In this document: positions 50,654 to 60,053 of the stretch, piece by piece
How the letters are laid out: each line of letters opens with the position of its first letter
Numbering within the stretch: the first letter of the stretch is position 1
Assembly: GCA_965223905.1 (NCBI GenBank)
Contig: CBDCXV010000002.1
Location: 352,001 to 416,000 of the forward strand
DNA length: 64,000 nucleotides
Reading direction: 5' to 3'
DNA from: Candidatus Latescibacterota bacterium
GTDB lineage: Bacteria > Latescibacterota > UBA2968 > UBA8231
Program-made: the position numbers and the translations under genes
The notes under the pieces: model-generated
What the model was told of the DNA's origin: nothing
Seen by the model: only the letters and a program-made list of their open reading frames with translations
Database searches by the model: none

Positions 50654-53600
50654 TCATGGCTCCCCGAGCACTTCCAGAAACTCTGCAATCACTTGAAGAT
50701 CCCCTTCATCCGTACCGGTCAGGACGATAGGCTCAAAGTCCGGGTTTACGGGCTTCAGAGTGATTTTCGCATGACGCCACGAATCACCCTCCACCGTCCT
50801 TTCACTTTCGTAACGCTTGACGGTGTAACGCTGGCTGGTCTCAGGATCGATTTGGTCTCGGAGCTCGACGAGGACGGTCTTGCCCTGCCGGCTCCCTTCA
50901 ACCGGGGCGCGGAAGAGACACCAGGAACCGTCCGGGATCGCAGGCTCCATGGACCTGCCGACGACCTGGGCGGCGAACATCCCTCGTCTCAACTGGTGCC
51001 GTGATTCCACGGCCACCCACTCGAAACCATCCTCCTCGATGTGCTGGGGCTCACCAAATGCCCCCGCTGCCGCCTTGAGCGGAACGAGCGGCACACAGCT
51101 CACGTAACGCTCCTCTGAACGGCCTTCCACCACGCGCAGTCCCGCCGGGAAGGCCTGCTCCGTGGGCAGTTCGTCCGATGCGGCCTGATCGGTCCGCAGC
51201 CTTCGATAAGCTTCGGAAGCCATCCAACTGGTGACGATCCGCTGGAAGGAGGAGTCGTTCATGTAGCGGACGAAGATCTCCTCGTTCTGGTCCATGCGTT
51301 CGACGAAGATCCGCTCCAGAAGATTCCTGAACACCAGCTCGAATTTGTCCTCCGGGTTCACCGCGGCTGCCTGACGCAGTCCGTCGTCGCTCATCGCCGC
51401 TTCGACGATCTGGTCGAAGAAGAGCTGGTCCGCCTGGTTGAAGTCGGTACCGAAGCGCTCGTTGACAACGTCAATAAGCTGAGAAAGCGGCAACGCCTCC
51501 TCGTGTACAGCGCCGCTGCCGACCTCGGTTTGCCCATCAAGAGCGTGAGTGTCCCCCCCAGCGAGGGAGATCGAACCCTCACTGATCTTCTGCAGGCGGT
51601 AGTACTCGAGCCGCACCTCGTCATCGAACTGATAGGCGGGACCGCTCCGGCGTCGTGGCAGCTTGGCCGCCAGATGGCGCAGGAACACGTACAGGCGCTC
51701 GAGGTCCGAATCCTGGTACGGGATGATCTGGCTCAGGAAGCCGTACAGGTTGCGGAACGCCTGAGCCTTTCCCCGCCAGAGTTCCGCCTGGTTCTCGTCC
51801 TCCCTCTGCAGATCCTCGAAACGGAATACCGCCGGATCGAGAGCCGCGTTCATCGCCTGATGGTCCTGAGTGCTTTGCCGTTGCTTCGGCTTGAAGTACA
51901 CGGCACAGAACCGCTCGACCTCTTCATCGAGATAGATCCCTGAAGCGTCGAGTTCACCCTTGACCGCGTACATGCGGGCGGGATCCACTTCTTCCCCCAT
52001 CTCCGTCCCTTCGTAGTAGACCTTGAACGCTTCGCGGATCTCTTCGGGGTCGTTTACGAAGTCGAGGACGAAGGCGTCTTCCTTGAGGGGGTGGGTGCGG
52101 TTGAGTCGCGACAGCGTCTGGACCGCCTGGATGCCGGCAAGCCGCTTGTCCACGTACATCGTGTGCAGGAGCGGCTGATCGAACCCGGTCTGGTATTTCT
52201 CCGCGACGAGCAGCACCTGATACTCCTGGGTCGCGAACTTTTCCGGGAGCTCTTTCTGCCGAATCCCGGCGTTCATCTTTTCTTCGGTGTACTCAACGTC
52301 CGGAAGCTTGTCGTCCTGAACCGTTCCCGAGAAGGCGACCAGGGTCTTGATGGCGTATCCCTTCTTCTGGATGTAGCGATCAAAGCTCTGCTTGTAGCGC
52401 ACGGCCTCCAGACGGGAACCGGTGACGACCATGGCTTTAGCGCGTCCGCCGATCTTGTGCCGGGTGAATGCCTGGAAGTGCTCGACCATCACCTCGGTTT
52501 TCTGGGCGATGTTGTGGGGATGCAAGCGCAGAAAGCGCGCCAGCGCGCGGGCTGCGTTCTTCCGCTCGACGTTGGGATCGTCTTCGCAGGCCTTTAACAG
52601 TTTGAAGTAGGTCGCGTACGTGGTGTAGTGCTTGAGCACGTCGAGGATGAACTCTTCCTCTATCGCCTGCCGCATGGTGTAGCGGTGGATCGGTTCCCCG
52701 CCCCGGCCGAACACCGCCAGCGTCTTGTGTTTGGGCGTGGCGGTGAAAGCGAAGAAACTCAGGTTCGCCTGCCGTCCGCGTTTGGCCATGCTGCGGAACA
52801 GCGCCTCCTGGTCCTTGAGGCCTTCTTCCTGTGCGCGTTTACGAGCCTCTTCTTGCAGGTCTTCACCGCCGAGGACTTCCTTGAGATCCGTCGCCGTCTC
52901 CCCTCCCTGCGAGCTGTGGGCTTCGTCCACTATGACGGCGCAGCGTTTAGTGGGAAGTACACCTGTACTCTCAACGCCCTGCTCCTTGGCCATCTTGAGT
53001 AAATGCCGGGAAACAAATGGGAACTTCTGCAGCGTAGTGATGATAATCGGGACGGCGTTTTCCAAGGCTTCAGCGAGCTGTCGGGATCGCTCGTCGATCT
53101 TCTGCACGACCCCGAGCTTGTGCTCGAACTGGTAGATCGTGTCCTGCAGTTGCTGGTCCAGCACAACCCGGTCAGTCACCACGATCACGCTGTCGAAGAC
53201 GCGCTCGTTCGCCTCGTCGTGCAGGGAAGCGAGTCGGTGCGCCAGCCAGCCGATCGTGTTGCTCTTGCCGCTGCCGGCCGAGTGCTCGACGAGGTAGTTG
53301 TTGCCAATGCCCTCGCGACGAGCCTTCCCCACCAGCAGCCGGACCGCGTCGAGCTGGTGGTAGCGCGGGAAGATCATCGACTCGACCTTCACCTTGCGGC
53401 CATGATCGTCGCGTTTCTCCTCGATTTGCAGATGGATAAACCGGGCGAACACGTCGAGCAGGCTGTCCCGGGCGAGCACTTCTTCCCACAGGTAAGCCGT
53501 CCGGTAGCTGCGGCCCGCCGGATCGGGCGGATTACCGGCACCCCCGTCACTTCCCTTGTCGAAGGGCAGGAAGTGAGTCGCGTCTCCGGCCAGCCGAGTG

Positions 53601-54196
53601 GTCATGCGCACGCACTCGGTGTCGACGGCGAAGTGGACGAGCGTACGGCGCTTGAACTCGAAGATCGGCTCGCGGGGATCGCGGTCGCGCCGGTACTGGT
53701 GGATCGCATCCTCTACGGTCAGTCCGGTGAGCGGGTTCTTCAGCTCCACTGTGGCGACGGGAATGCCGTTCAAGCTCACTGTCAGGTCGAGCGACTTCTC
53801 CGAACGGGATGAGAAACGAAGCTGTCGCGTAAGCCCGAGGCGGTTGGCGGCGTAGCGGGCTTCGAGCTCGGGGTTCAATTCATGGGCGGCTTTGAAGAAC
53901 GCCACGTGAAGCGTCCGGCCGTAGCACTTGAAGCCGTGCCGAAGAGTTGCCAGCGAGCCGTTGGCGTCCATCCACTTGCACAGGTCCGTGAGAATCTGCT
54001 CGCCGGTTTGGATGCCGTGGAGCGCTTCCAGCTTGGCCCATTCGACGGGCTGGGTTTCGCGGATGAAAGCGAGGACGGTGTCGGGAAAGATTGCGCGGTC
54101 GCGGTCGAAGCCGTCTCCTGCAATGGAACAGTATCCGTTCTGAAGCAGGTGCGCTTCGATTACGGTCTCGAAGGCGGCTTCACTAATTTGGCTCAC
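50654..54196 (-). CDS. hsdR: Type I restriction endonuclease subunit R with C-terminal S24 (LexA-like) peptidase domain
   Basis: D....NGIP...ELKN nuclease motif, [38 protein letters not shown]; C-terminal AAG..GRSMEP..TVKR. Confidence 0.92.
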   Translation of the reverse strand: MSQISEAAFETVIEAHLLQNGYCSIAGDGFDRDRAIFPDTVLAFIRETQPVEWAKLEALHGIQTGEQILTDLCKWMDANGSLATLRHGFKCYGRTLHVAFFKAAHELNPELEARYAANRLGLTRQLRFSSRSEKSLDLTVSLNGIPVATVELKNPLTGLTVEDAIHQYRRDRDPREPIFEFKRRTLVHFAVDTECVRMTTRLAGDATHFLPFDKGSDGGAGNPPDPAGRSYRTAYLWEEVLARDSLLDVFARFIHLQIEEKRDDHGRKVKVESMIFPRYHQLDAVRLLVGKARREGIGNNYLVEHSAGSGKSNTIGWLAHRLASLHDEANERVFDSVIVVTDRVVLDQQLQDTIYQFEHKLGVVQKIDERSRQLAEALENAVPIIITTLQKFPFVSRHLLKMAKEQGVESTGVLPTKRCAVIVDEAHSSQGGETATDLKEVLGGEDLQEEARKRAQEEGLKDQEALFRSMAKRGRQANLSFFAFTATPKHKTLAVFGRGGEPIHRYTMRQAIEEEFILDVLKHYTTYATYFKLLKACEDDPNVERKNAARALARFLRLHPHNIAQKTEVMVEHFQAFTRHKIGGRAKAMVVTGSRLEAVRYKQSFDRYIQKKGYAIKTLVAFSGTVQDDKLPDVEYTEEKMNAGIRQKELPEKFATQEYQVLLVAEKYQTGFDQPLLHTMYVDKRLAGIQAVQTLSRLNRTHPLKEDAFVLDFVNDPEEIREAFKVYYEGTEMGEEVDPARMYAVKGELDASGIYLDEEVERFCAVYFKPKQRQSTQDHQAMNAALDPAVFRFEDLQREDENQAELWRGKAQAFRNLYGFLSQIIPYQDSDLERLYVFLRHLAAKLPRRRSGPAYQFDDEVRLEYYRLQKISEGSISLAGGDTHALDGQTEVGSGAVHEEALPLSQLIDVVNERFGTDFNQADQLFFDQIVEAAMSDDGLRQAAAVNPEDKFELVFRNLLERIFVERMDQNEEIFVRYMNDSSFQRIVTSWMASEAYRRLRTDQAASDELPTEQAFPAGLRVVEGRSEERYVSCVPLVPLKAAAGAFGEPQHIEEDGFEWVAVESRHQLRRGMFAAQVVGRSMEPAIPDGSWCLFRAPVEGSRQGKTVLVELRDQIDPETSQRYTVKRYESERTVEGDSWRHAKITLKPVNPDFEPIVLTGTDEGDLQVIAEFLEVLGEP

Positions 54197-54237
54197 GTAT
54201 TACCTCCCAGTACGAATCGCGCCCAGCTTGCGCCGCA

Positions 54238-54333
54238 GCTTGATCGGCTCCTCCGAATGCTGGCTCGGCGCGAGGTTCAACGCCTTGCGGCCTTCGTATA
54301 CAGCTTCGGCAAGTCGTCCTTGTCGGTATATTC
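54238..54333 (-). pseudogene. Remnant of an abortive-infection C-terminus (Abi_C-like) gene
   Basis: EYTDKDDLPKLYTKAA / KALNLAPSQHSEEPIK across a 1-nt frameshift. Confidence 0.55.
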
Positions 54334-54347
54334 CGGGGAGAGATTGT

Positions 54348-54833
54348 TCAATTCGCAACTTTTTGGTCTACATAGACGAATTTGAACCATATATCGTCCA
54401 GGTGACTGAAGTCTGTATCTGTTGACAGGAGTGCAGCCCGGCTTACGTGAGCTGTCGCGGCGATCCAGAGATCATTTTGTTTCATCGGCACAGCCGGCGT
54501 TGGCGGTGGGGCATTTTGAGGAGAAGTCACAGGCTTACCGTGGGTCCAGGCGTCAATCCGAGCGTACGCGTCCAATATCGTTCGTCTGCTGATGTCAAGC
54601 GTCGGCACTTCGTTAAGAATTTGCTCAAGGTGGGTTCTTCTGGTGCCGCCCCAACCATTCTTCTCCGCAAGCGCGAGAATTTCTCCTTGGCAGATAACGG
54701 AGGTAAAGACCATTGTTTCCGGATCTCCGAGATTGAATTCTGCGCGAGTCTGGATAGCCCACGGTGCTTCTCGGGTGAAACCGAGCAACAGGTTCGTGTC
54801 CAGGAGGAAACGTGTCATAACCAGATCGTTCAA
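54348..54833 (-). CDS. PIN-domain (VapC-like) ribonuclease toxin
   Basis: LLDTN, GEI, NDLWIAATA, TDTDF: all four acidic residues present. Confidence 0.88.
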   Translation of the reverse strand: MNDLVMTRFLLDTNLLLGFTREAPWAIQTRAEFNLGDPETMVFTSVICQGEILALAEKNGWGGTRRTHLEQILNEVPTLDISRRTILDAYARIDAWTHGKPVTSPQNAPPPTPAVPMKQNDLWIAATAHVSRAALLSTDTDFSHLDDIWFKFVYVDQKVAN

Positions 54834-55783
54834 TCGAGCTGGGCTAGGAGATCCGCGATGGGTTCATCGCCAGGCCACGCGCCCGCAAGCTCAATAGGGT
54901 CGAAGGCCCCGGCTTGCTTGCGTTGTACCGGGAATAGGTCATGCGATTTCTGAATCTCTACCGATGGCATTTCCTCGAAAACGCTATCTCCTTCCAGCTG
55001 ACTACTGATCCGGCGAGCCTCGATGAATCGCGGCTCGCCATTGGCCTTGAAATGCACCATCCCCTCGACGGTGGTCTGCTTGCCCCATAGAGGACGTAAG
55101 GTCTCCAGGCTCAATGACGCAGTGTCCAGCCGTCCAAAGAGCGCTGACTTCCGGCTTACCAAAAGGCGGAAGCGGCCGTTGCCGTGTTTGATCTCGTCGA
55201 GCCTGCCACTTACGACGAAAGATCTTGGGGCCGGGATGTCATTCAACCGCTCTTTGATGTATTCGCAAGTACTGTCGTCCAGCACGAATCGTCCATGGGC
55301 CGTACTCTGAGGGATCATTTCATAGCGCACACCGGCAACTCCAGCCGCTTTCCCGAACTTGAGAATCGCCTCGAGAACCGAACTATCGAAATAGTCTCCA
55401 ACTGGATCGTCGGTCTGGGTCTCGTTGACCGCTTGGGCGGCTAGATCAAGTGCCGTGTCGTTCAGGCTGGGCTGCATGCTCCATGAGTCTGCTTGGGTAA
55501 ACTGTTCGCAGGCAGTCTCACTAAGCTGGGGAGCTTCCACGTCAAAAATCGTGGATCCGGATTTCAATCCAGTTACCGTGAAGTCTATGGTAGAGTCCAG
55601 CCAGTGAGGTCTCGCCCCCTTCCCGCTACCCGCGCCAGTAGCGAGCAAGCGGGTGGTCCGCTCTGCCGTCGTGAGGAGGGCGTCCAGAACACGCCGGAGA
55701 GTCGCCATCTTGATCTGACCTCCGTTTTCTCTCAGACCGCTGACGCAGAGTTGGTAGCGTTGTGTTTTCATGGCAGGGCTCAC
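54830..55783 (-). CDS. Hypothetical 317-aa partner of the PIN toxin (putative antitoxin or sensor)
   Basis: Translationally coupled to hsdS (GTGA) and to PIN (ATGA); beta-rich C half; acidic tail GAWPGDEPIADLLAQLD. Confidence 0.7.
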   Translation of the reverse strand: MSPAMKTQRYQLCVSGLRENGGQIKMATLRRVLDALLTTAERTTRLLATGAGSGKGARPHWLDSTIDFTVTGLKSGSTIFDVEAPQLSETACEQFTQADSWSMQPSLNDTALDLAAQAVNETQTDDPVGDYFDSSVLEAILKFGKAAGVAGVRYEMIPQSTAHGRFVLDDSTCEYIKERLNDIPAPRSFVVSGRLDEIKHGNGRFRLLVSRKSALFGRLDTASLSLETLRPLWGKQTTVEGMVHFKANGEPRFIEARRISSQLEGDSVFEEMPSVEIQKSHDLFPVQRKQAGAFDPIELAGAWPGDEPIADLLAQLD

Positions 55784-57105
55784 TTTCCTGAGTTGCTGAG
55801 CGATGGCGCATGTTGCACAGCTTCGCCGTTTCTCATCTCGATCTTGCCAGTAACAGCAGCCGCGATGAGGGCGGCGCGGCGCTCCTTGAGGAGAGCAACC
55901 GTGCTTTCCGTCGATTCCCTCAGTTCCTCGAGTCTCTTCGCCTCGAATGCAATTTGCTCGACAATCTCCGCCTGCTCTTGGACGGGAGGCAATGGAACTT
56001 CAATGTCGCGGAAGCCTGTCCAATAGAGACGCAACCTATCCCACACGATTCCGTGGGAGTGCCGCGCACACTCCGCACTGAAAGCAGCAGTTTGAAAGAG
56101 TCTTTTTGCGTACGCTGAAGACAAAAGCCCGACGGGTTCCGCAACCACATAGTCCGGACTCACTAGGCCGTCCTCAGGGGCTATGCCAACTGCCCCTTGC
56201 CACATCCGCATCTTGTTGAACACCACATCACCTTGGCGAGCAACTTTATACGTGTTGAAATCGGCTGCTGTGCTCTCGATTCGTTCCTCGGAAAATTCAC
56301 GCAAGATGACACCATGGTTGATCGAAACTTCCAACAGTGGAAGATCCGGCTCCCCTCGTTCGTCACGCTCGCTGAATAGCCAGGCTACCCGCCGCGTCTT
56401 CCAATGTGCAGGAATCACACCAAGCCAGGGGATGCCGGAATCGCGGAGCGGCAGGGCAGGGTCGAGGCCACAGGTAACGGCACGGGTTATGAGAGCACGG
56501 CGCTTCTCGGCCAGCAGGTCCAGCAACTGCTCCTTCTCTGCTACCAGTTCATCCAGCCGCGCCGTCTCGTGGTCGAGGTAGTCGGCGATGGCGCGTTGCC
56601 TAGAAAGCGGAGGCACAGGAAGCATCACAGTGCCAATTTCAGACTTCGGTAATCCGAAGCGGGTGACACCATTAGCCGCCAATTCTAGTTGCACTTGGAT
56701 CGGTTTCGCCTGTAGGCATCGAAAAAGGAACGCGCCCGCCAACTGGTGGCAATGGGGGCGAAGAAGCGCGAGGTGATAACCGCACACAAGGTCGTCGGCT
56801 GTTTCCCGGACAAGCGCGGGGACACCTATATCATCCCATGATTCTGAATCCTTCGTGATGACAACATCGCCTGCTTGTAAGCCGAACTTCTCGATCTCGT
56901 CCTCGGTCGCTGTTGCCTGCATGAAGTCGAGGCTCATAGAAATGAAATCGTTGTTGTAAACGTCCTTGTAATTGCACAGTCGAACCGGTATTTCGTGGTC
57001 AACCGACAATTTGTCGACGTTGCTCACCACATAATCAGTCGTCGCCCGAAGCGGCTTCACCTGCCACGACTCAGGCAGTGATTTGACCCAAGCTAGGTGC
57101 CTCAC
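55780..57105 (-). CDS. hsdS: Type I restriction-modification specificity subunit
   Basis: Two TRDs with PVPP..Q..IADYLD, DSGIPWLG.IP.HW, PLPP.EQ, L.ERR.ALI.AAVTGKI. Confidence 0.92.
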   Translation of the reverse strand: MRHLAWVKSLPESWQVKPLRATTDYVVSNVDKLSVDHEIPVRLCNYKDVYNNDFISMSLDFMQATATEDEIEKFGLQAGDVVITKDSESWDDIGVPALVRETADDLVCGYHLALLRPHCHQLAGAFLFRCLQAKPIQVQLELAANGVTRFGLPKSEIGTVMLPVPPLSRQRAIADYLDHETARLDELVAEKEQLLDLLAEKRRALITRAVTCGLDPALPLRDSGIPWLGVIPAHWKTRRVAWLFSERDERGEPDLPLLEVSINHGVILREFSEERIESTAADFNTYKVARQGDVVFNKMRMWQGAVGIAPEDGLVSPDYVVAEPVGLLSSAYAKRLFQTAAFSAECARHSHGIVWDRLRLYWTGFRDIEVPLPPVQEQAEIVEQIAFEAKRLEELRESTESTVALLKERRAALIAAAVTGKIEMRNGEAVQHAPSLSNSGK

Positions 57106-57221
57106 GCCGTCACCTCCCGGTACAGTCGCAAAATCGTTTTCTCCACCTTCTTCAAATCCCCATCGGCCTGGAGATCAGGCCTCGTCGAGATCGCTGGTCG
57201 TTTACTTCGATCGTACACCAT
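57102..57221 (-). pseudogene. 39-codon mini-ORF carrying an HsdM-like C-terminal helix
   Basis: MVYDRSKRPAISTRPDLQADGDLKKVEKTILRLYREVTA*; stop overlaps the hsdS GTG. Confidence 0.6.
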
Positions 57222-57598
57222 CAGGCAGGGTCCACGCGATACTGCCAGCCGCGAAGCACCGCGGCACGCGTCAAGTATTTCGCCTTCGTCTTGATGTCCG
57301 CGTTGGAGCAGTCGCGGAAGTCAATCACTACGTGTTCTTGAAACGGCTCCGGATCACACGTTACAGGCAGCTCCTGTTGCCAGCATTCTGCTACGGTCAA
57401 GGCCATGACGCCAACCGATGTCAGTCTCAATTGTTGGGTGTAGTGGCGATACGCCTGCTGAGCCGTCATCCGGTCTCCGTCGTAAACGGACAGTTTCTTT
57501 TGGTCTTTTGCGGTCGGCTTGAACGCCTGGGAGGTGATCCTTCCTTCTCGAATCCAACCTGGGTTCACCTGTCGGAGCAGCAAGATATCCAGTGTCAT
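57221..57598 (-). CDS. Hypothetical protein, possibly ART/RES-like fold
   Basis: LLRQ..SQAF.P...D...LSVYD...GV...H..IDF pattern; ATGA coupling to the upstream ORF. Confidence 0.6.
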   Translation of the reverse strand: MTLDILLLRQVNPGWIREGRITSQAFKPTAKDQKKLSVYDGDRMTAQQAYRHYTQQLRLTSVGVMALTVAECWQQELPVTCDPEPFQEHVVIDFRDCSNADIKTKAKYLTRAAVLRGWQYRVDPA

Positions 57599-58047
57599 AC
57601 ACGGCCTGCAGTCATGGCTTCGATCTGGTCGACCATCCACTTCCAGTCATCGCCATCGTCACAATTCAACGTGCGCTCGGAAGCGACGTTGGACACCATG
57701 TTGAGCGTGTGCCATTCGCCGGAACGGGTTTCGAGATTCACATCGAACGTGACCTCGTTCGGGCCGAGGGACCACTCAGCCTGAACGCCTCCCGATTCCG
57801 TTGGGTAGAGGTGCGGCAAGGGCGCCTCATCGGAAAAGTGCCGGTCGAAGGCGCCGTTCAGCCAATCGAGGCCCGCGCCTGGTGGGGCAAGCCCCTCTCC
57901 TTCGAGCCAGCCGTTTTGCAATAGTCGCAGTTCGTCGAGTTGCGCGCCGACATCCAAAGTGTCGAGAATGCTCAGATGTTCGATCGTATCGAAGCCGATA
58001 AACTGACCAGCGCGGCTGAAACGGGACCTACCCATATAACAACGCAA
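57595..58047 (-). CDS. Hypothetical protein, probably 5'-truncated at the GC junction near 58030
   Basis: LDEL..L.NGWL.GEG.AP...LYPT..GGVQAEW motif; no convincing RBS. Confidence 0.55.
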   Translation of the reverse strand: MRCYMGRSRFSRAGQFIGFDTIEHLSILDTLDVGAQLDELRLLQNGWLEGEGLAPPGAGLDWLNGAFDRHFSDEAPLPHLYPTESGGVQAEWSLGPNEVTFDVNLETRSGEWHTLNMVSNVASERTLNCDDGDDWKWMVDQIEAMTAGRV

Positions 58048-58133
58048 AAATCTCCGAAAAAGGCCCCAATCGCTGTTCTACGAGAAATAATACCGAAGGA
58101 TTTTCAGTAGGCGGCGGAAGGGAGTTGAGTGTC

Positions 58134-58454
58134 TTAGGCGTAACTCGGAGGCTCTATAGGAGGAATTTCAGAAACGGGTATTTCCTTGCCTGATACAGCA
58201 GAAATAAGGGTTTCTCCAGTCTCCGTAGGGCAAACAAATATATCATACCTGATCGTCATAATGTGAACTTCAGCCATGTTTTCACACGCCTTTTTGATTT
58301 CACCAAGACGATATTTTCCATCCAAAGCCGAATATAATGATTGGTACGATAAGCCGTATCCTGCCCTACGTGTCGCATCAAAGCGGGGATAGGCGGTAAG
58401 AATTTCTCGATAAATTTCGGGTAAACTATTAATGTATTTCTCACTTATAGGCAT
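58134..58454 (-). CDS. Small hypothetical protein (possible wHTH) coupled to the TIR gene
   Basis: TAATG overlap with the TIR stop; low GC. Confidence 0.6.
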   Translation of the reverse strand: MPISEKYINSLPEIYREILTAYPRFDATRRAGYGLSYQSLYSALDGKYRLGEIKKACENMAEVHIMTIRYDIFVCPTETGETLISAVSGKEIPVSEIPPIEPPSYA

Positions 58455-59089
58455 TAGTCTATCCTTTCCCGAAGGGGCGGGTCAGCACACATAACCCTTG
58501 AAAGAAGGTTTTTCTCTTCCCTGAGTGCAGATTTGAAAGATGGGTCGATTTGAATTTGTTCTGCTAAGGATAATCCACGAATTTCTTCCTGCCTAATGAA
58601 ACTTTTAATCTCTGAAGTTGCCCAGCTCGTTGCCTTGTCGTCTACTTCTCCAGGGGAGTAAAACTTTCCCCGTTGGATTAGCGGTCCCCATGCCGATCTA
58701 TGTAGGATACAATGTGATTGGGGAACGAAAAATAATGGGAATTGAATGTTACATAATTCTAAATCGTATTGTAAGAATCTTTTCTGAAGCAAATCGGCAT
58801 AAGCAGTTTCAATACTGTTCCATCCCCGTCCTTGTAAGAGGAATTCTTCCGTAATAAAATAAACTACATGTCGGCAAAGTACAATTCCCTCTCGAAGCGC
58901 CGAAAAGGAATCTCGACCACGGGGATAATGATGTCGGTCAAGCCACGGGAAATACTGATCCTCCTCTAATAAATTGTATACAGGTTGTATAAGAGAAGTA
59001 CGATCTTCAGCACAATGCGATAGAAATACATGGTGAGTGCATCGTGGTAAATAACGGATATTCCATGTGCCTATCATTCTCCCATCCAT
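58454..59089 (-). CDS. TIR-domain protein
   Basis: HVFLSHCAED, PWLD, VVYFIT..F, W.SIE (putative catalytic Glu). Confidence 0.75.
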   Translation of the reverse strand: MDGRMIGTWNIRYLPRCTHHVFLSHCAEDRTSLIQPVYNLLEEDQYFPWLDRHHYPRGRDSFSALREGIVLCRHVVYFITEEFLLQGRGWNSIETAYADLLQKRFLQYDLELCNIQFPLFFVPQSHCILHRSAWGPLIQRGKFYSPGEVDDKATSWATSEIKSFIRQEEIRGLSLAEQIQIDPSFKSALREEKNLLSRVMCADPPLRERID

Positions 59090-59133
59090 CCTTTCGTAAT
59101 TCAGGTGTGGTATAACACTATGTTATACCACAT
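59089..59133. repeat. Palindromic element, copy 1: TCCTTTCGTAATT..TGTGGTATAACA-CTA-TGTTATACCACA
   Basis: 12-bp perfect inverted arms; near-identical copy at 61796-61835. Confidence 0.85.
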
Positions 59134-59165
59134 CCCATACATGGTAGTTAATATACCCTTTTGTG

Positions 59166-59891
59166 TCATTGCTTCTCTCCCTTTTCAGTAAGACTGTTTT
59201 TCATATCGATTATTTCCTGTCTCCGGTCATTACGGACCGCAGGAATAACATATATCTCATGCAAAATTTCTTTGATAGCAGATAATATGATTCTAAGATA
59301 ATCCGCCTTCCATCCATCGAGTGCATTTTCATGCACCTTGGAACTGGTTATTTCATGGATCGATAAAAGAGTGTCGAAGTAGGTAGAATCTACTTCCTTC
59401 CGTATCGACTTTAGTGACTTGATTTTCTCCTCATAGGAAGTGCCGGTTGCCTTTTCCTTTTTCCCAAGTTCGTAAATGAGTTTCCGCGCACAAGCTGATC
59501 CACCAGTCAAATGATTGCCATTCAGGCAGCTTTCTGCCTCAGTAAGTAGTTCTCTTAGGACACGAGGAATCCGGTTGTCTAAAGCGAAGAATGACGTTGG
59601 AACGGAATGGAATATGGCATTATCTATTAATCCATTGAACTTTTTGTTGAATTCATCACGATACGGTAAATTATTATATATCTCATATACATCATAATAT
59701 GATAAATGCATTGATATTTTTTCGCAAGAACTGCATTTAATAAAAAATGCTTGACATTCTCTCTTATTATCCCAGTTAAACGTAACTATATTGTGCGTTC
59801 TATATCTCACATTTTTTCTGTTACAGAAAGGACAATTGTAAGTCTCTTCGTCTACGAAATATCGCTCATCTAAGTGTGATTGATCGGACAT
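59166..59891 (-). CDS. Zn-ribbon plus DUF4145 (HEPN-like) protein
   Basis: CPFC..CSSC; EAESC......ACARK..E; KVH. Confidence 0.7.
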   Translation of the reverse strand: MSDQSHLDERYFVDEETYNCPFCNRKNVRYRTHNIVTFNWDNKRECQAFFIKCSSCEKISMHLSYYDVYEIYNNLPYRDEFNKKFNGLIDNAIFHSVPTSFFALDNRIPRVLRELLTEAESCLNGNHLTGGSACARKLIYELGKKEKATGTSYEEKIKSLKSIRKEVDSTYFDTLLSIHEITSSKVHENALDGWKADYLRIILSAIKEILHEIYVIPAVRNDRRQEIIDMKNSLTEKGEKQ

Positions 59892-60053
59892 AGTTCCCCC
59901 TTACAGGACCTATAGTTCATTGGCAGTGTGTTCATTTGAAGCGTCATCATGACGTCCCTCCTAATATAACCTCTCCCTAAGTATTCGTACAAACCTTAGC
60001 TGCTCACCTTCTCCAGGAATTCTTCCCTATACTTCGCTTTCATGTTCTGTCTC

